A stretch of 64,000 bases of DNA, taken from contig DASXPB010000013.1 in NCBI GenBank assembly GCA_036493875.1, positions 4,377 to 68,376 on the forward strand, written 5' to 3'. The first letter of the stretch is position 1, and each line of letters begins with the position of its first letter. This document shows, one piece after another, positions 19,695 through 28,819 of this stretch. The stretch is from Thermoanaerobaculia bacterium (GTDB lineage: Bacteria > Acidobacteriota > Thermoanaerobaculia > UBA5066 > Gp7-AA6). Made by a program: the position numbers and the translations under genes. Under the pieces are notes generated by a model, which was not told the origin of the DNA, did not search any database, and saw only the letters and a list, made by a program, of their open reading frames with translations.

Positions 19695-21809
19695 TCATTT
19701 CTCGTCGGCGGAAGAGGTCGAAAAGACCGGCTTCTCCATGGGCCTGCCGCCGAGGTACCGGGTGAGCCATTGCCGGACCTCGTAATACCAGTAGATGGAG
19801 TTCTGGGGCGTCAGCACCCAGTGGTTCTCGTTCGGGAAGAGCACCAGGCGCGAGGGCACGCCCATCGCCTGCAGCACGCCGTAGAGCCCGGTGGCGTTTG
19901 CGTACGGCACGCGGTAGTCCATCTCGCCGGCGGTCACGAGCGTCGGCGTCTTGAAGTTCCTCGCATAGGCCATGGGGTTGTTCTTCTGAAGCGTCTCGGC
20001 GTTCTCCCAGGGCGTGCCGCCGAAGGTCGCTTCGCCGAAGTAATACGTCAGGTCCATTCCGTACTCGGAAGTGACGTCGTTCAGGCCGGAGTGGTCCACG
20101 ATGCATCGGAATCGGTCGGTGTGTCCGAGAAGCCAGGCGGCGAGGTATCCGCCGTAGCTCGCACCCGCAGCCGCGACGCGATCGCCGTCGACGCCGGGAA
20201 CGTGCGCGGCGAGCTCGTCGGTCCCGGCGAGGACGTCCGCCATCGGGCGGTCGCCCCAGTGCCGATCGATCGACTGGGCGAACGCCTCCCCGAACCCCGT
20301 GGAGCCGTGCCGGTTGACGCGCGCCACGACCCAGCCGGCCGCCGCGAACACGTGCGCATTCCAGCGCAGAGAGAAGTCATCGCGCGCCATCGTCCAGGGC
20401 CCGCCGTGAAGGAGCTGAACCAGCGGATACTTCTTCGCCGGGTCGAAATCGGGCGGATAGGTCACCCACATCTGGACGCGGTCGCCCTCGGCGCCGGTGA
20501 ATTCTCGCGATTCCGTCTTGCCGAGCGCCAGGCGGGTCATGAGCGCGTCGTTGAAGTGCGTCAGGCGGCGGGCCATCCCCATCGCGCCCTTCGCCGGATC
20601 GAGTGCGAAGAGCTCCCCGGGACGCGAGGAGGTCTCGTTCAGGAACACCACGGCGCCCGCCCGCGCGCGAAGGCCCGTGCTCGTCCCCTCGCCATAGATC
20701 CGCGAGAGGCCCTTGCCGTCGGTGCCCATGCGAAAGAGGGCGACCCGTCCGCGGTCCTCGGCGACGAGAAACAGGGTGCGGCCATCGGGCGAGAACTCGT
20801 GATCGTCGAAAGACAGGTCGACGCCGTCGGTGAGAGGGACGCTCGTCTCGGCGGCCAGATCGCGGCGCCAGAGCCGCTGATGCTCGTAGGCCTTCTTTCG
20901 GGTGCGGGAGAAGACGATCGAGCGGCCATCGGGCGAGAAGCGCGGACGGTCGTCGCTCCACTCGTTCTCGGGGGTCAGGTTCTTCAGAGAGCCCGAACCG
21001 TCCGTGGGGATGAGGTAGACGTCCAGATTCGGGTGGTCGTGGTACGGCGGCGCCGTGCTGTTGATCGCCATGGCGATCGACTTTCCGTCGGGAGAAACCT
21101 CGAAGCCGGGCTCCATCACGGTCGAGAAGACCCGTTTCCAGCCCGGAGTCAGGTCCTGGAAGGCTCCGGTCTCGGCGTCGATTGCGACGAGCTTGTCGGC
21201 CACGCCCTCGGCCAGCGGGTGATCCCAGAAGCGGTACTGTCGGTCCTCCGTCACGCGCGCGGTCAGAGGAGCGTCCTTGCGGCGCTTCATCTCGTTTCGC
21301 ACGGCGTCGAGGTCGGCGCCGGACAGCTCGCCCGCGAGCTCTGGGATGACCTGCGTCAACGCCGCCAGGCGTCGGTTCGTCAGCCATTTCGGCGCGCGCA
21401 GCCCGTAGGGTGCGCCGGCCACGCGCCGCGCTTCGCCTCCGTCGGCCGCGATGACGTAGAGCGCTGCGGCGTCGTCGTCGCCGCGTTTGGAGACGAAGGC
21501 GATGCGCTTCCCGTCCGGACTCCAGACCGGCGCCGCGTCCGAACCGCCCTGAGTGAGGCGGCGCGTGGTGGCGCTCGCAACGTCGACGAGCCAGAGGCTC
21601 GATGTGCTCTTGCTCCTGGGTATCGACCACCCGGTCACGGCCACGACGGCGGTGCGGCCATCGGGGGAGAGTGCGGGGGCTCCCACCCGTTGGATCGCCC
21701 AGAGATCCTGGGCCGTGATCGGCCGGTGCTCCTCCGCGGCCGAAGTCGCCGCGAGGAGTCCCGTGAGCAGCCCGAACACGAAGAGACGCGTCCTGCGCAT
21801 TTCTCTCAT
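19695..21809 (-). CDS. S9 family peptidase (prolyl oligopeptidase/acylaminoacyl peptidase type) with beta-propeller
   Basis: 704 aa. TolB-like repeats (SPDGKRIAF, SPDGRSIVF, SPDGRTLF) plus catalytic GASYGGY (GxSxGG) and the C-terminal D/H region. Confidence 0.9.
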   Translation of the reverse strand: MREMRRTRLFVFGLLTGLLAATSAAEEHRPITAQDLWAIQRVGAPALSPDGRTAVVAVTGWSIPRSKSTSSLWLVDVASATTRRLTQGGSDAAPVWSPDGKRIAFVSKRGDDDAAALYVIAADGGEARRVAGAPYGLRAPKWLTNRRLAALTQVIPELAGELSGADLDAVRNEMKRRKDAPLTARVTEDRQYRFWDHPLAEGVADKLVAIDAETGAFQDLTPGWKRVFSTVMEPGFEVSPDGKSIAMAINSTAPPYHDHPNLDVYLIPTDGSGSLKNLTPENEWSDDRPRFSPDGRSIVFSRTRKKAYEHQRLWRRDLAAETSVPLTDGVDLSFDDHEFSPDGRTLFLVAEDRGRVALFRMGTDGKGLSRIYGEGTSTGLRARAGAVVFLNETSSRPGELFALDPAKGAMGMARRLTHFNDALMTRLALGKTESREFTGAEGDRVQMWVTYPPDFDPAKKYPLVQLLHGGPWTMARDDFSLRWNAHVFAAAGWVVARVNRHGSTGFGEAFAQSIDRHWGDRPMADVLAGTDELAAHVPGVDGDRVAAAGASYGGYLAAWLLGHTDRFRCIVDHSGLNDVTSEYGMDLTYYFGEATFGGTPWENAETLQKNNPMAYARNFKTPTLVTAGEMDYRVPYANATGLYGVLQAMGVPSRLVLFPNENHWVLTPQNSIYWYYEVRQWLTRYLGGRPMEKPVFSTSSADEK

Positions 21810-21837
21810 TCTACGGGCGACCCGAACGAGACCGCTC

Positions 21838-23109
21838 CTAGGCTTCCTTTTCCGCCCGCTCCAACAGCAGGGCGCGCTCGCGCGCGTTCTTCGTGAGCGC
21901 CGCGGCACGCTCGAACTCCGCGCGGGCCTCGTCGCGGCGGCCGAGCCTCGCGAGCAAATCGCCGCGCACCGCGGGCAGCAGGTGGTACGCCGCGAACGCA
22001 GGCTCCGCGGAAAGCGGCTCGACGAGCTCGAGGCCCGCGGCCGGGCCGAAGGCCATCGCGACCGCGACCGCACGGTTGAGCTCGACGACGGGGGAGGGGA
22101 AGACGCGCGCGAGCTCGTCGTAGAGCGAGGCGATCCGCTCCCAGTCCGTCTCCGCGACCGACGCCGCGCGCGCATGGCAGGCGGCGATCTCCGCCTGCAG
22201 CACGTACGATCCGCGACCGCCGGGTTCGGGTGCCAGGAGCTGGGCGGCGCGCGCGAGCGCATTCAGCCCCCGCTGGATGAGCAGCCGGTCCCAGAGCGCC
22301 CGGTTCTGGTCGGCGAGCAACACCGCCTCGCCCGACGGCCCCGTCCGCGCCCGCAGCCGCGAGGCCTGGATCTCCATGAGGGCGACGAGCCCGTGGACCT
22401 CGGGCTCTGCGGGAGCGAGCTCGGCGAGCACGCGCCCGAGGCGCAGCGCGTCCTCGCAGAGACCGGGCCGCAGCAGGTCCTCTCCGGCGGTCGCCAGATA
22501 GCCTTCGTTGAAGACGAGGTAGAGGACCTCGAGGACGGATCCGAGCCGCGAGCCGCGATCCGTGTCCCGGGGGACCTCGAACGGAATCCGTTTCTCGGCG
22601 AGCGTCCTCTTCGCGCGCACGATGCGCTGGGCGATCGTGGGTTCCGGGACCAGGAACGCGCGGCCGATCTCGTCGGTCGTGAGGCCGCCGATCAGGCGCA
22701 GCGTCAGCGCGACGCGCGCCTCCGTCGAGAGCACCGGATGGCACGCGGTGAACATCAGCCTCAGCAGGTCGTCGCCGATGTCGTCGTCGATGGCGTTTTC
22801 GAGCTCCTCCACCTCGGCCTGCCGCCGCTCGTCGATCGTGCGTCCCAGCTCCTGGTGCTTGCGGTCGGCAACCTCTCGATGACGCAAATGATCGATCGCC
22901 CGGTGTTTCGCCGCCGCCATCAGCCACGCTCCGGGCTTCTCCGGGATCCCGTCCGTCGGCCACTTCTCGAGCGCGGTCACGAGCGCGTCCTGCGCCAGGT
23001 CCTCCGCGAGGCCGACGTCCCGGACGATGCGCGCCAGGCCGGCGATCAGCCGCGGAGACTCGATCCGCCAGACCGCGTCGATGGCGCCGTGTGTATCGGG
23101 GGGAGGCAT
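21838..23109 (-). CDS. ECF-type RNA polymerase sigma factor with long C-terminal extension (DGPF-associated type)
   Basis: sigma2 (DLAQDALVTALEKW) and sigma4 (LTTDEIGRAFLVPEPTIAQRIVRAKRTL) regions, plus a ~250-aa C-extension. Confidence 0.85.
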   Translation of the reverse strand: MPPPDTHGAIDAVWRIESPRLIAGLARIVRDVGLAEDLAQDALVTALEKWPTDGIPEKPGAWLMAAAKHRAIDHLRHREVADRKHQELGRTIDERRQAEVEELENAIDDDIGDDLLRLMFTACHPVLSTEARVALTLRLIGGLTTDEIGRAFLVPEPTIAQRIVRAKRTLAEKRIPFEVPRDTDRGSRLGSVLEVLYLVFNEGYLATAGEDLLRPGLCEDALRLGRVLAELAPAEPEVHGLVALMEIQASRLRARTGPSGEAVLLADQNRALWDRLLIQRGLNALARAAQLLAPEPGGRGSYVLQAEIAACHARAASVAETDWERIASLYDELARVFPSPVVELNRAVAVAMAFGPAAGLELVEPLSAEPAFAAYHLLPAVRGDLLARLGRRDEARAEFERAAALTKNARERALLLERAEKEA

Positions 23110-23269
23110 TCCCCCCGATTACAGCACGGCGCTAACGGGCGAGGATCGCCAGGACGATCAGGAGCAGGGCCGCGAGGGAACCGAAGAGCCGGCCGGCCCA
23201 GGGGCCGATCGACGGCAAAGTCGGGATGGACGGAGTCGAAGTGGTCATGGAGTCGCCTCGTCGTCCGCG

Positions 23270-23653
23270 TTACTGTTCGCAGAACTTCGCGAAGTCCGGC
23301 GTGCCGTCGAAGAGCTGCCGGACTTCGGTCTCGCCGACCCAGCCCGGCCAGTGCTTGCGGTGCAGCTCCATGAAGGACTTCGCACCCTCGAGCGCCTCCT
23401 CCTTCGATGCGAGCTCGAAGATCGCGAAGCCGCCCACGACCTCCTTGGCCTCCGCGTAGGGACCGTCGGTGACGCTGAGCTTTCCGCCGTCGATCCGTAC
23501 TCGGAACCCGGTGGCAGGGGGATAGAGACCGCCGGTCATCACCATCGTGCCGTTCTTCGTGGCCTCGATCCCAGACTGCGCGATCGCCTCCATGAGCGCC
23601 GCGGGGGGCTGCCCCTGACCTTCCTTCGCCTTGACGATCATCATGAACTTCAT
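23270..23653 (-). CDS. YCII-related (DGPF) domain protein
   Basis: aaggagga RBS, MKFMMIVKAKEG... and VTDGPYAEAKE motif. Confidence 0.8.
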   Translation of the reverse strand: MKFMMIVKAKEGQGQPPAALMEAIAQSGIEATKNGTMVMTGGLYPPATGFRVRIDGGKLSVTDGPYAEAKEVVGGFAIFELASKEEALEGAKSFMELHRKHWPGWVGETEVRQLFDGTPDFAKFCEQ

Positions 23654-23768
23654 GACCCAATCCTCCTTGCCTCGTCCAATCTCGGGTAGGCGCCTCTCGC
23701 CCCCCTTCACTCATACGTCGAGCGACGGCCCCTGGAATCGACACGGGCGAGGCGTTCCTCCCGGGGTT

Positions 23769-25379
23769 TTACCGCGACCGACGCACCCGGTCCGAGCAGG
23801 GAGGCTTGAGCGGGCCCCGAGGCGCCAGGGGGAACGTCTCCGGGGACGCCGACGCGAGCCGCACCGGGTCGCTCAGGTCGTAGAGCTGCGCGGCGACGGG
23901 ATCCAGGTTCGGCAGGGACGGGATCGAGATCCGATCCCCGGCGACCCCGATGGCCGACAGATAGCCCTCGACGCTCCGGCGGTCCGCCGTCATGGAGGGA
24001 ACGCTCCCCACGAGGAGCCAGACCCGCGGCCGCCCCCGGTACCGGTCCACGTCTCGGAGGAACAGGCGGGGGTCCTCGGCCGAGCAGCCGCCGACCTCGT
24101 AGTCGACCGGTGCCAGGCCGTACTCGGGGCCGTAGCGCTCGACGGCCTCGACGGCGTACGGAAAGACGAACACGGCGTCGCCGGGCCGCCGGTGCTCGCG
24201 GAAGAACGCGAAGACCGTCTTGAAGTCCTCCACCCAGTAGGGCGGCGGGTACTCGATGAAGGACCACGTGGGAATCACGAAGAGGGCGGCCATGACGGCG
24301 GCTCCCACGACGGGATGTAGCCGCGAAGCCTGCCGGCGAATCCACTCCGCGCCCTGAGCGGCGGCGAGCATCAGGATGGGAAACACGAACAGGGCGACGC
24401 GGGTCTTGAACGGAAACTGCTGCGCGACCGCGGCGAGCACGCCCGCCCCGAACGGGCAGAGCAGCACGAGCGCTCCGAAGCGGTTGCGCCGCCAGAGGGC
24501 GGCCGCGCCGACGACGGCCAGCGCGGCGCTGAGCGCGGGCCAGCGGTAGCGCAGCAGCATCGGGTCGCCGAAGAACTCCACGATCCGGTTCCAGAGCCAG
24601 AGCGCGTCGCCGGGCCTGCGGAAGGGCCGCGGAAAGAAGCCGTCGCGAAATCGCCAGAAGGCGTCCATGTACGCGCGGGTGGTGGGCGTGACGCGGCGAA
24701 TGGCCACGACCGCCGCCGCGGCGGAGGCCACGGCCCAGACCGGGACGACGGCGACCACCGCGCGCCTCGTCGGCGCGTCGCGGTCCCGAAGCCAGGCCAG
24801 TACCAGCGCGCCCCCGAGGCCCGCGACCACGAACAGCGTCGGCTGGGAGAACCACACGAGCACGGCTCCCGCCGCCGCGGCGAGCCCGCGCCGCGCCGCC
24901 GTCGCGTCGGCGTCGCGAAGCCGCAACGCCAGCAGCGACAGGGCGATCGTCGCGAAGACGTCGATCCCGTACGACTTGACCTCCGCGCTGTAGCGGATGA
25001 ACGGAGCGCCGATCGCGAACGCCGCCACGGCGAAGGGGACCGCGTAGCCGTCGAGAAGACGCCGCGCGAGCGGGACGAAAAGAACCAGCGAGGCCAGGCC
25101 GACGAGCAGGAGGAGGAGCCGAAACGCGAGGTCGCTCTCGCCGAGCCACCGGCTGATCGCCTTCTCGGCGACCATGAACCCGACCGGCGCGACCTGGTCG
25201 TAGCCCAGCGGAGCCCGGAGAAGCTGCGAGGCCGAGCGCTCGACCAGGTTTCGGACGATCGAGAGCTCGTCGTACCAGAGCGAGGTGTCGGACGCGTACT
25301 GGAAGAGGCGCAGCGCCGCACCGAGGACGACGAGCGTCCAGAGAAACGGGCGGCGGCACAGGAAGGGGAGACGGTTCAA
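23769..25379 (-). CDS. GT39/ArnT-like membrane glycosyltransferase (PMT_2-like)
   Basis: Around 12 TM helices, N-terminal DE-like region (LWYDELS). Confidence 0.65.
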   Translation of the reverse strand: MNRLPFLCRRPFLWTLVVLGAALRLFQYASDTSLWYDELSIVRNLVERSASQLLRAPLGYDQVAPVGFMVAEKAISRWLGESDLAFRLLLLLVGLASLVLFVPLARRLLDGYAVPFAVAAFAIGAPFIRYSAEVKSYGIDVFATIALSLLALRLRDADATAARRGLAAAAGAVLVWFSQPTLFVVAGLGGALVLAWLRDRDAPTRRAVVAVVPVWAVASAAAAVVAIRRVTPTTRAYMDAFWRFRDGFFPRPFRRPGDALWLWNRIVEFFGDPMLLRYRWPALSAALAVVGAAALWRRNRFGALVLLCPFGAGVLAAVAQQFPFKTRVALFVFPILMLAAAQGAEWIRRQASRLHPVVGAAVMAALFVIPTWSFIEYPPPYWVEDFKTVFAFFREHRRPGDAVFVFPYAVEAVERYGPEYGLAPVDYEVGGCSAEDPRLFLRDVDRYRGRPRVWLLVGSVPSMTADRRSVEGYLSAIGVAGDRISIPSLPNLDPVAAQLYDLSDPVRLASASPETFPLAPRGPLKPPCSDRVRRSR

Positions 25380-25416
25380 CTGTGCCTAGAGTATGTTGCG
25401 GGCGAGCTGCCCGCGA

Positions 25417-26271
25417 ATGATCGTTCACCTTCTCGACGGTACCTACGAGCTCTTCCGCCACTTCTACGGGCTTCGCCGGGGTCTCGGTGACAAGCCCGAT
25501 CCGCCGATGGGCGCGGTCGCCGGACTTCTCCACACGGTCGCGCAGATGCTCGAGGGCGGGGCGACGCACCTCGGCGTCGCGACGGATCACGTCATCGAGT
25601 CGTTCCGCAACGGCCTGTGGCCTGGATACAAGACCGGCGAAGGCATCGATCCGGCGCTCTGGCGGCAGTTCCATCCGCTCGAGGACGCGCTCGCGGCGAT
25701 GGGCGTCGTGGTCTGGGCGATGGTCGAGCTCGAGGCCGACGACGCGCTCGCCTCGGCGGCCCGGCTGGCCGAGCGCGACCCGCGGGTGGAGAAGGTCTGC
25801 ATCTGGACGCCCGACAAGGATCTCGCGCAGTGCGTCGTGGGAAGCCGCGTCGTCCAGGTGGACCGCAAGAGCGGCCAGATCCGAGACGCGGAGGCGGTGC
25901 GCGCAAAGTTCGGCGTCCCGCCCGAGCGCATCGCCGACTACCTGGCTCTGGTGGGCGACGCCGCGGACGGATTCCCCGGCATGCCCGGCATCGGGCCCAA
26001 GACCGCCGCCCAGCTCATCGGCCGCTACGGGCCGCTCGAGGCGTTTCCTCCGGACGCGCTCCGCGGCCGGGTGGAGGAGGCGCTGCTCTTCAAGCGGCTT
26101 GCCACCCTGCGCACGGACGCGCCGCTCTTCGACGACGTGGAGCAGTTGCGCTGGCGCGGGCCGACGGCGGCCTTCGAGGTCGCTGCGGGAAAGATCGGCG
26201 ACGCGAGGATCCTTCCCCGCGTCGCCGCCCTGCAACCCAAAATCCAAAATCCAAAATCTAAAATCGGCTAG
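25417..26271 (+). CDS. 5'-3' exonuclease (Pol I-like 5' nuclease / flap endonuclease domain)
   Basis: MIVHLLDGTYELFRHFY...GYKTGE...EADD...DKDL...GIGPKTAAQLI H3TH motif. Confidence 0.75.
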   Translation: MIVHLLDGTYELFRHFYGLRRGLGDKPDPPMGAVAGLLHTVAQMLEGGATHLGVATDHVIESFRNGLWPGYKTGEGIDPALWRQFHPLEDALAAMGVVVWAMVELEADDALASAARLAERDPRVEKVCIWTPDKDLAQCVVGSRVVQVDRKSGQIRDAEAVRAKFGVPPERIADYLALVGDAADGFPGMPGIGPKTAAQLIGRYGPLEAFPPDALRGRVEEALLFKRLATLRTDAPLFDDVEQLRWRGPTAAFEVAAGKIGDARILPRVAALQPKIQNPKSKIG

Positions 26272-26684
26272 CGCTTCGTCCCGGTCTGCCGGCGGAAGTT
26301 CTCGTACCTCTCGCGGTGCTCGGGCGTGATGTTCTCGCCGAAGTCCTCGGCCTCGAAGACCTGCCGGATCTCGACCTCCGTGTCCTCGAAGGGGGCGCGC
26401 TTCAACCACTCGACCGCCTCCTCCATCGACTTGACTTGCCACAGCCAGAACCCGGCCACGAGCTCCTTGGTCTCACCGAAGGGCCCGTCGACGACGGTCT
26501 TCTTCCCCCCCGCGAAACGCACTCGCTTGCCCTTGGAGCTGGCTTGGAGCCCGTCCGCCGCCAACATCACGCCGGCCTTCAACAGCTCCTCGTTGAATTT
26601 GCCCATCTCGGCCAGCAGCTTGGGATCGGGGAGGACGCCCGCCTCCGAATCCTTGTTCGCCTTCACCAGGACCATCACGCGCAT
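26268..26684 (-). CDS. YCII-related (DGPF) domain protein
   Basis: aaaggag RBS, MRVMVLVKANKDSEAG...VVDGPFGETKE. Confidence 0.8.
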   Translation of the reverse strand: MRVMVLVKANKDSEAGVLPDPKLLAEMGKFNEELLKAGVMLAADGLQASSKGKRVRFAGGKKTVVDGPFGETKELVAGFWLWQVKSMEEAVEWLKRAPFEDTEVEIRQVFEAEDFGENITPEHRERYENFRRQTGTKR

Positions 26685-26820
26685 TTCGTAACTCCTTTCG
26701 TTTGCGAGCCTTACTCGGGCGCCATCCGCCCGGCCGGATCCTCGCTCTGTTATCACGACGGACGAGGCCAACCCGGATCGACAGGCCGCGTAAGGGCAGG
26801 GGCCAGCGCGGAGGATGCGC

Positions 26821-27222
26821 TCAGGCGATGCGACGGGACGCGATCCGCGCGTCCAGGCTGACGGGCCCCGGGCCATGGGCCCACAGATAGAGGAAGAAGA
26901 AGCAGTACACCACGGCGAGCTCGCCGTGATTCTGGATGGGCCAGAAGCCTCCCGGAAGGCGGAAGTGTCCGTAGAAATAGGCGACCGCCATCTCGCCCGA
27001 GCAGACGAACGCGATGGGACGGGTGAAGAGCCCGAGCACGATCAGGACGCCGCCCACGACCTCGATCGCGCCCGCCGCCCAGGTGAGCGGGGTCATCGGG
27101 ACGCCCGGCGGCATTCCTCCGAACCACCCGAAGAGCTTCAGCGCCCCGACCTGGAAGAACATCACCCCGACGACGAAGCGCAGCAGGAAGAGGGTGAGCC
27201 CGGACAACGTTTGTCGGTTCAT
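26821..27222 (-). CDS. DoxX family membrane protein
   Basis: MNRQTLSGLTLFLLRFVVGVMFFQVGALKLFG... DoxX-like 4-TM pattern. Confidence 0.75.
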   Translation of the reverse strand: MNRQTLSGLTLFLLRFVVGVMFFQVGALKLFGWFGGMPPGVPMTPLTWAAGAIEVVGGVLIVLGLFTRPIAFVCSGEMAVAYFYGHFRLPGGFWPIQNHGELAVVYCFFFLYLWAHGPGPVSLDARIASRRIA

Positions 27223-27675
27223 CGCGTTCAGCCTATCTGATGAGCCGAAGAAGTCCCTTGCGCATGTCGATTCCGACCCCCGCCGCACGTCTCCAGAGAG
27301 AGGCGACAGGAATGAAACCAATGCGAGCCCGAAGATCGCTTTCGATTCGGACCATTATCGGTTCCGCTCCGGCGCACAAGCCCTTTGCCCCGAGTGAGCT
27401 GCGAAGATTTCACTTCCGCGGGCGAAACCAGGAATCTTGGAACCGGCCGGGCGCATATACACTGAGTGATGGCTCAGGCGATTCGCATCCGGTTCCGGTC
27501 GAGCCGGAAACTCTCGGCGGGAGTGGCCGTAACCGTCTAATGCGCCGCCGATTCCGGCGAGGCCGCGCCCCCCGATATCTCAGAGCTCCCGGTGGGACTC
27601 CCAGAGCGTGGCGGTCGGGTCGGATCGGCTCGTTCTCGAGATGCATCGTGGGTTGAAGGTGGAGGTTTAGCTCGC

Positions 27676-28800
27676 ATGAAAAAGCGCATGTTCGTGGTGG
27701 TGTTGGCGGCGTTCGTCTTCATCGCGGCCATCGGCGCGGTGAAGTACGGCCAGATCAAGAAGGGCATCGCGCAGCAGAAGGCCTTCAAGATGCCGCCCGA
27801 GGCGGTCACGACGACCGTCGTGAAGGACGCGGCGTGGGCGGGATCGCTCGACGCGATCGGCACGGTCGCGGCCGTTCACGGCGTCACCGTCAGCGCGGAT
27901 CTGCCTGGCCTCGTCTCGAAGATCCTGTTCGAGTCGGGCCAGACCGTCAAGGAGGGCCAGGTCCTGGTGCTGCTCGACACGAAGCAGGAGCAGGCGCAGC
28001 TCGCCTCGGCCGAGGCGCAGGTCGAGTGGACCAAGGTGAGCCTCGACCGTCTGACCGGCCTCCGCAAGAAGGGCATCAGCGCGCAGGCCGACTGGGACAA
28101 GGCGGACGCGGAGCAGAAGCAGGCGGTCGCGAGCGTCGACGAGATCCGCGCGACGATCTCGCGCAAGACGATCCGAGCGCCCTTCACGGGCGTCCTGGGG
28201 ATCCGCCAGATCAATCTCGGCCAGTACCTGCCGGCGGGGGCGCCCATCGTGCCGCTCCAGTCGCTCGATCCGATCTACGTGAACTTCTCCGTCCCGCAGC
28301 AGGACGCCGGCCGCCTGAAGGTCGGCAACGACGTGAAGGTCCGGCTGGAGAACGTGGGCCTCGAGGAGACCGGCAAGGTGACGGCGCTCAACTCGGTGAT
28401 CGATCCGGCCACCCGCAACGTCGAGATCCAGGCCACCTTCGCCAACCCGAAGGCGAAGCTGCAGCCCGGCGCGTTCGTGACGACCTCCGTCGCGCTCGGC
28501 ACATCCGCGAAGGTCATCCCGATCCCCGCCTCGGCCATCAACTACGCGCCGTACGGCGACTCGGTCTACGTGGTCGAGGCGATGAAGGGCCCGGACGGAT
28601 CGGAGTACAAGGGCGTCCGGCAGCAATTCGTGAAGCTCGGCTCGGGGCGCGGCGACCAGGTGGCCGTCCTCGAGGGCCTGAAACCCGGCCAGGAGATCGT
28701 GACTTCCGGAGTGTTCAAGCTCCGCCAGGGCGCGGCCGTCCAGGTCAACAACGTGACGCAGCCGTCCAACAACCCGGCGCCGAAGCCGGAAGACAGCTAA
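27676..28800 (+). CDS. efflux RND transporter periplasmic adaptor subunit
   Basis: RBS plus ATG 27676. Lipoyl/biotinyl-like, coiled-coil and beta-barrel regions typical of the MFP/HlyD family. Confidence 0.9.
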   Translation: MKKRMFVVVLAAFVFIAAIGAVKYGQIKKGIAQQKAFKMPPEAVTTTVVKDAAWAGSLDAIGTVAAVHGVTVSADLPGLVSKILFESGQTVKEGQVLVLLDTKQEQAQLASAEAQVEWTKVSLDRLTGLRKKGISAQADWDKADAEQKQAVASVDEIRATISRKTIRAPFTGVLGIRQINLGQYLPAGAPIVPLQSLDPIYVNFSVPQQDAGRLKVGNDVKVRLENVGLEETGKVTALNSVIDPATRNVEIQATFANPKAKLQPGAFVTTSVALGTSAKVIPIPASAINYAPYGDSVYVVEAMKGPDGSEYKGVRQQFVKLGSGRGDQVAVLEGLKPGQEIVTSGVFKLRQGAAVQVNNVTQPSNNPAPKPEDS

Positions 28801-28819
28801 GCGACCGGGGGAGGACCCC

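Noticed and set aside
19467-21896. 809-aa ORF on the plus strand
   Set aside because: It is antisense to an S9 peptidase gene with clear catalytic motifs. Its composition is Arg/Gly/Ala-rich and typical of GC-rich out-of-frame ORFs. The same reasoning rejects 21553-23373(+), 23707-26442(-), 28745-30592(-), 29380-31938(+), 33997-36699(-), 44010-47078(+), 51921-54041(-), 56332-58671(-), 38312-39832(-) and many shorter ones.
26221-26271. aaaatcc(a) x3 microsatellite at the 3' end of the exonuclease gene, considered as a phase-variation tract
   Set aside because: Only three imperfect units, encoding the C-terminal tail (PKIQNPKSKIG) in frame. It is too short to be a convincing contingency locus.
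27233-27260. ctgatgag…cgaa resemblance to the hammerhead ribozyme core
   Set aside because: No complementary stems I/II/III can be drawn around it, so this is a chance motif match.
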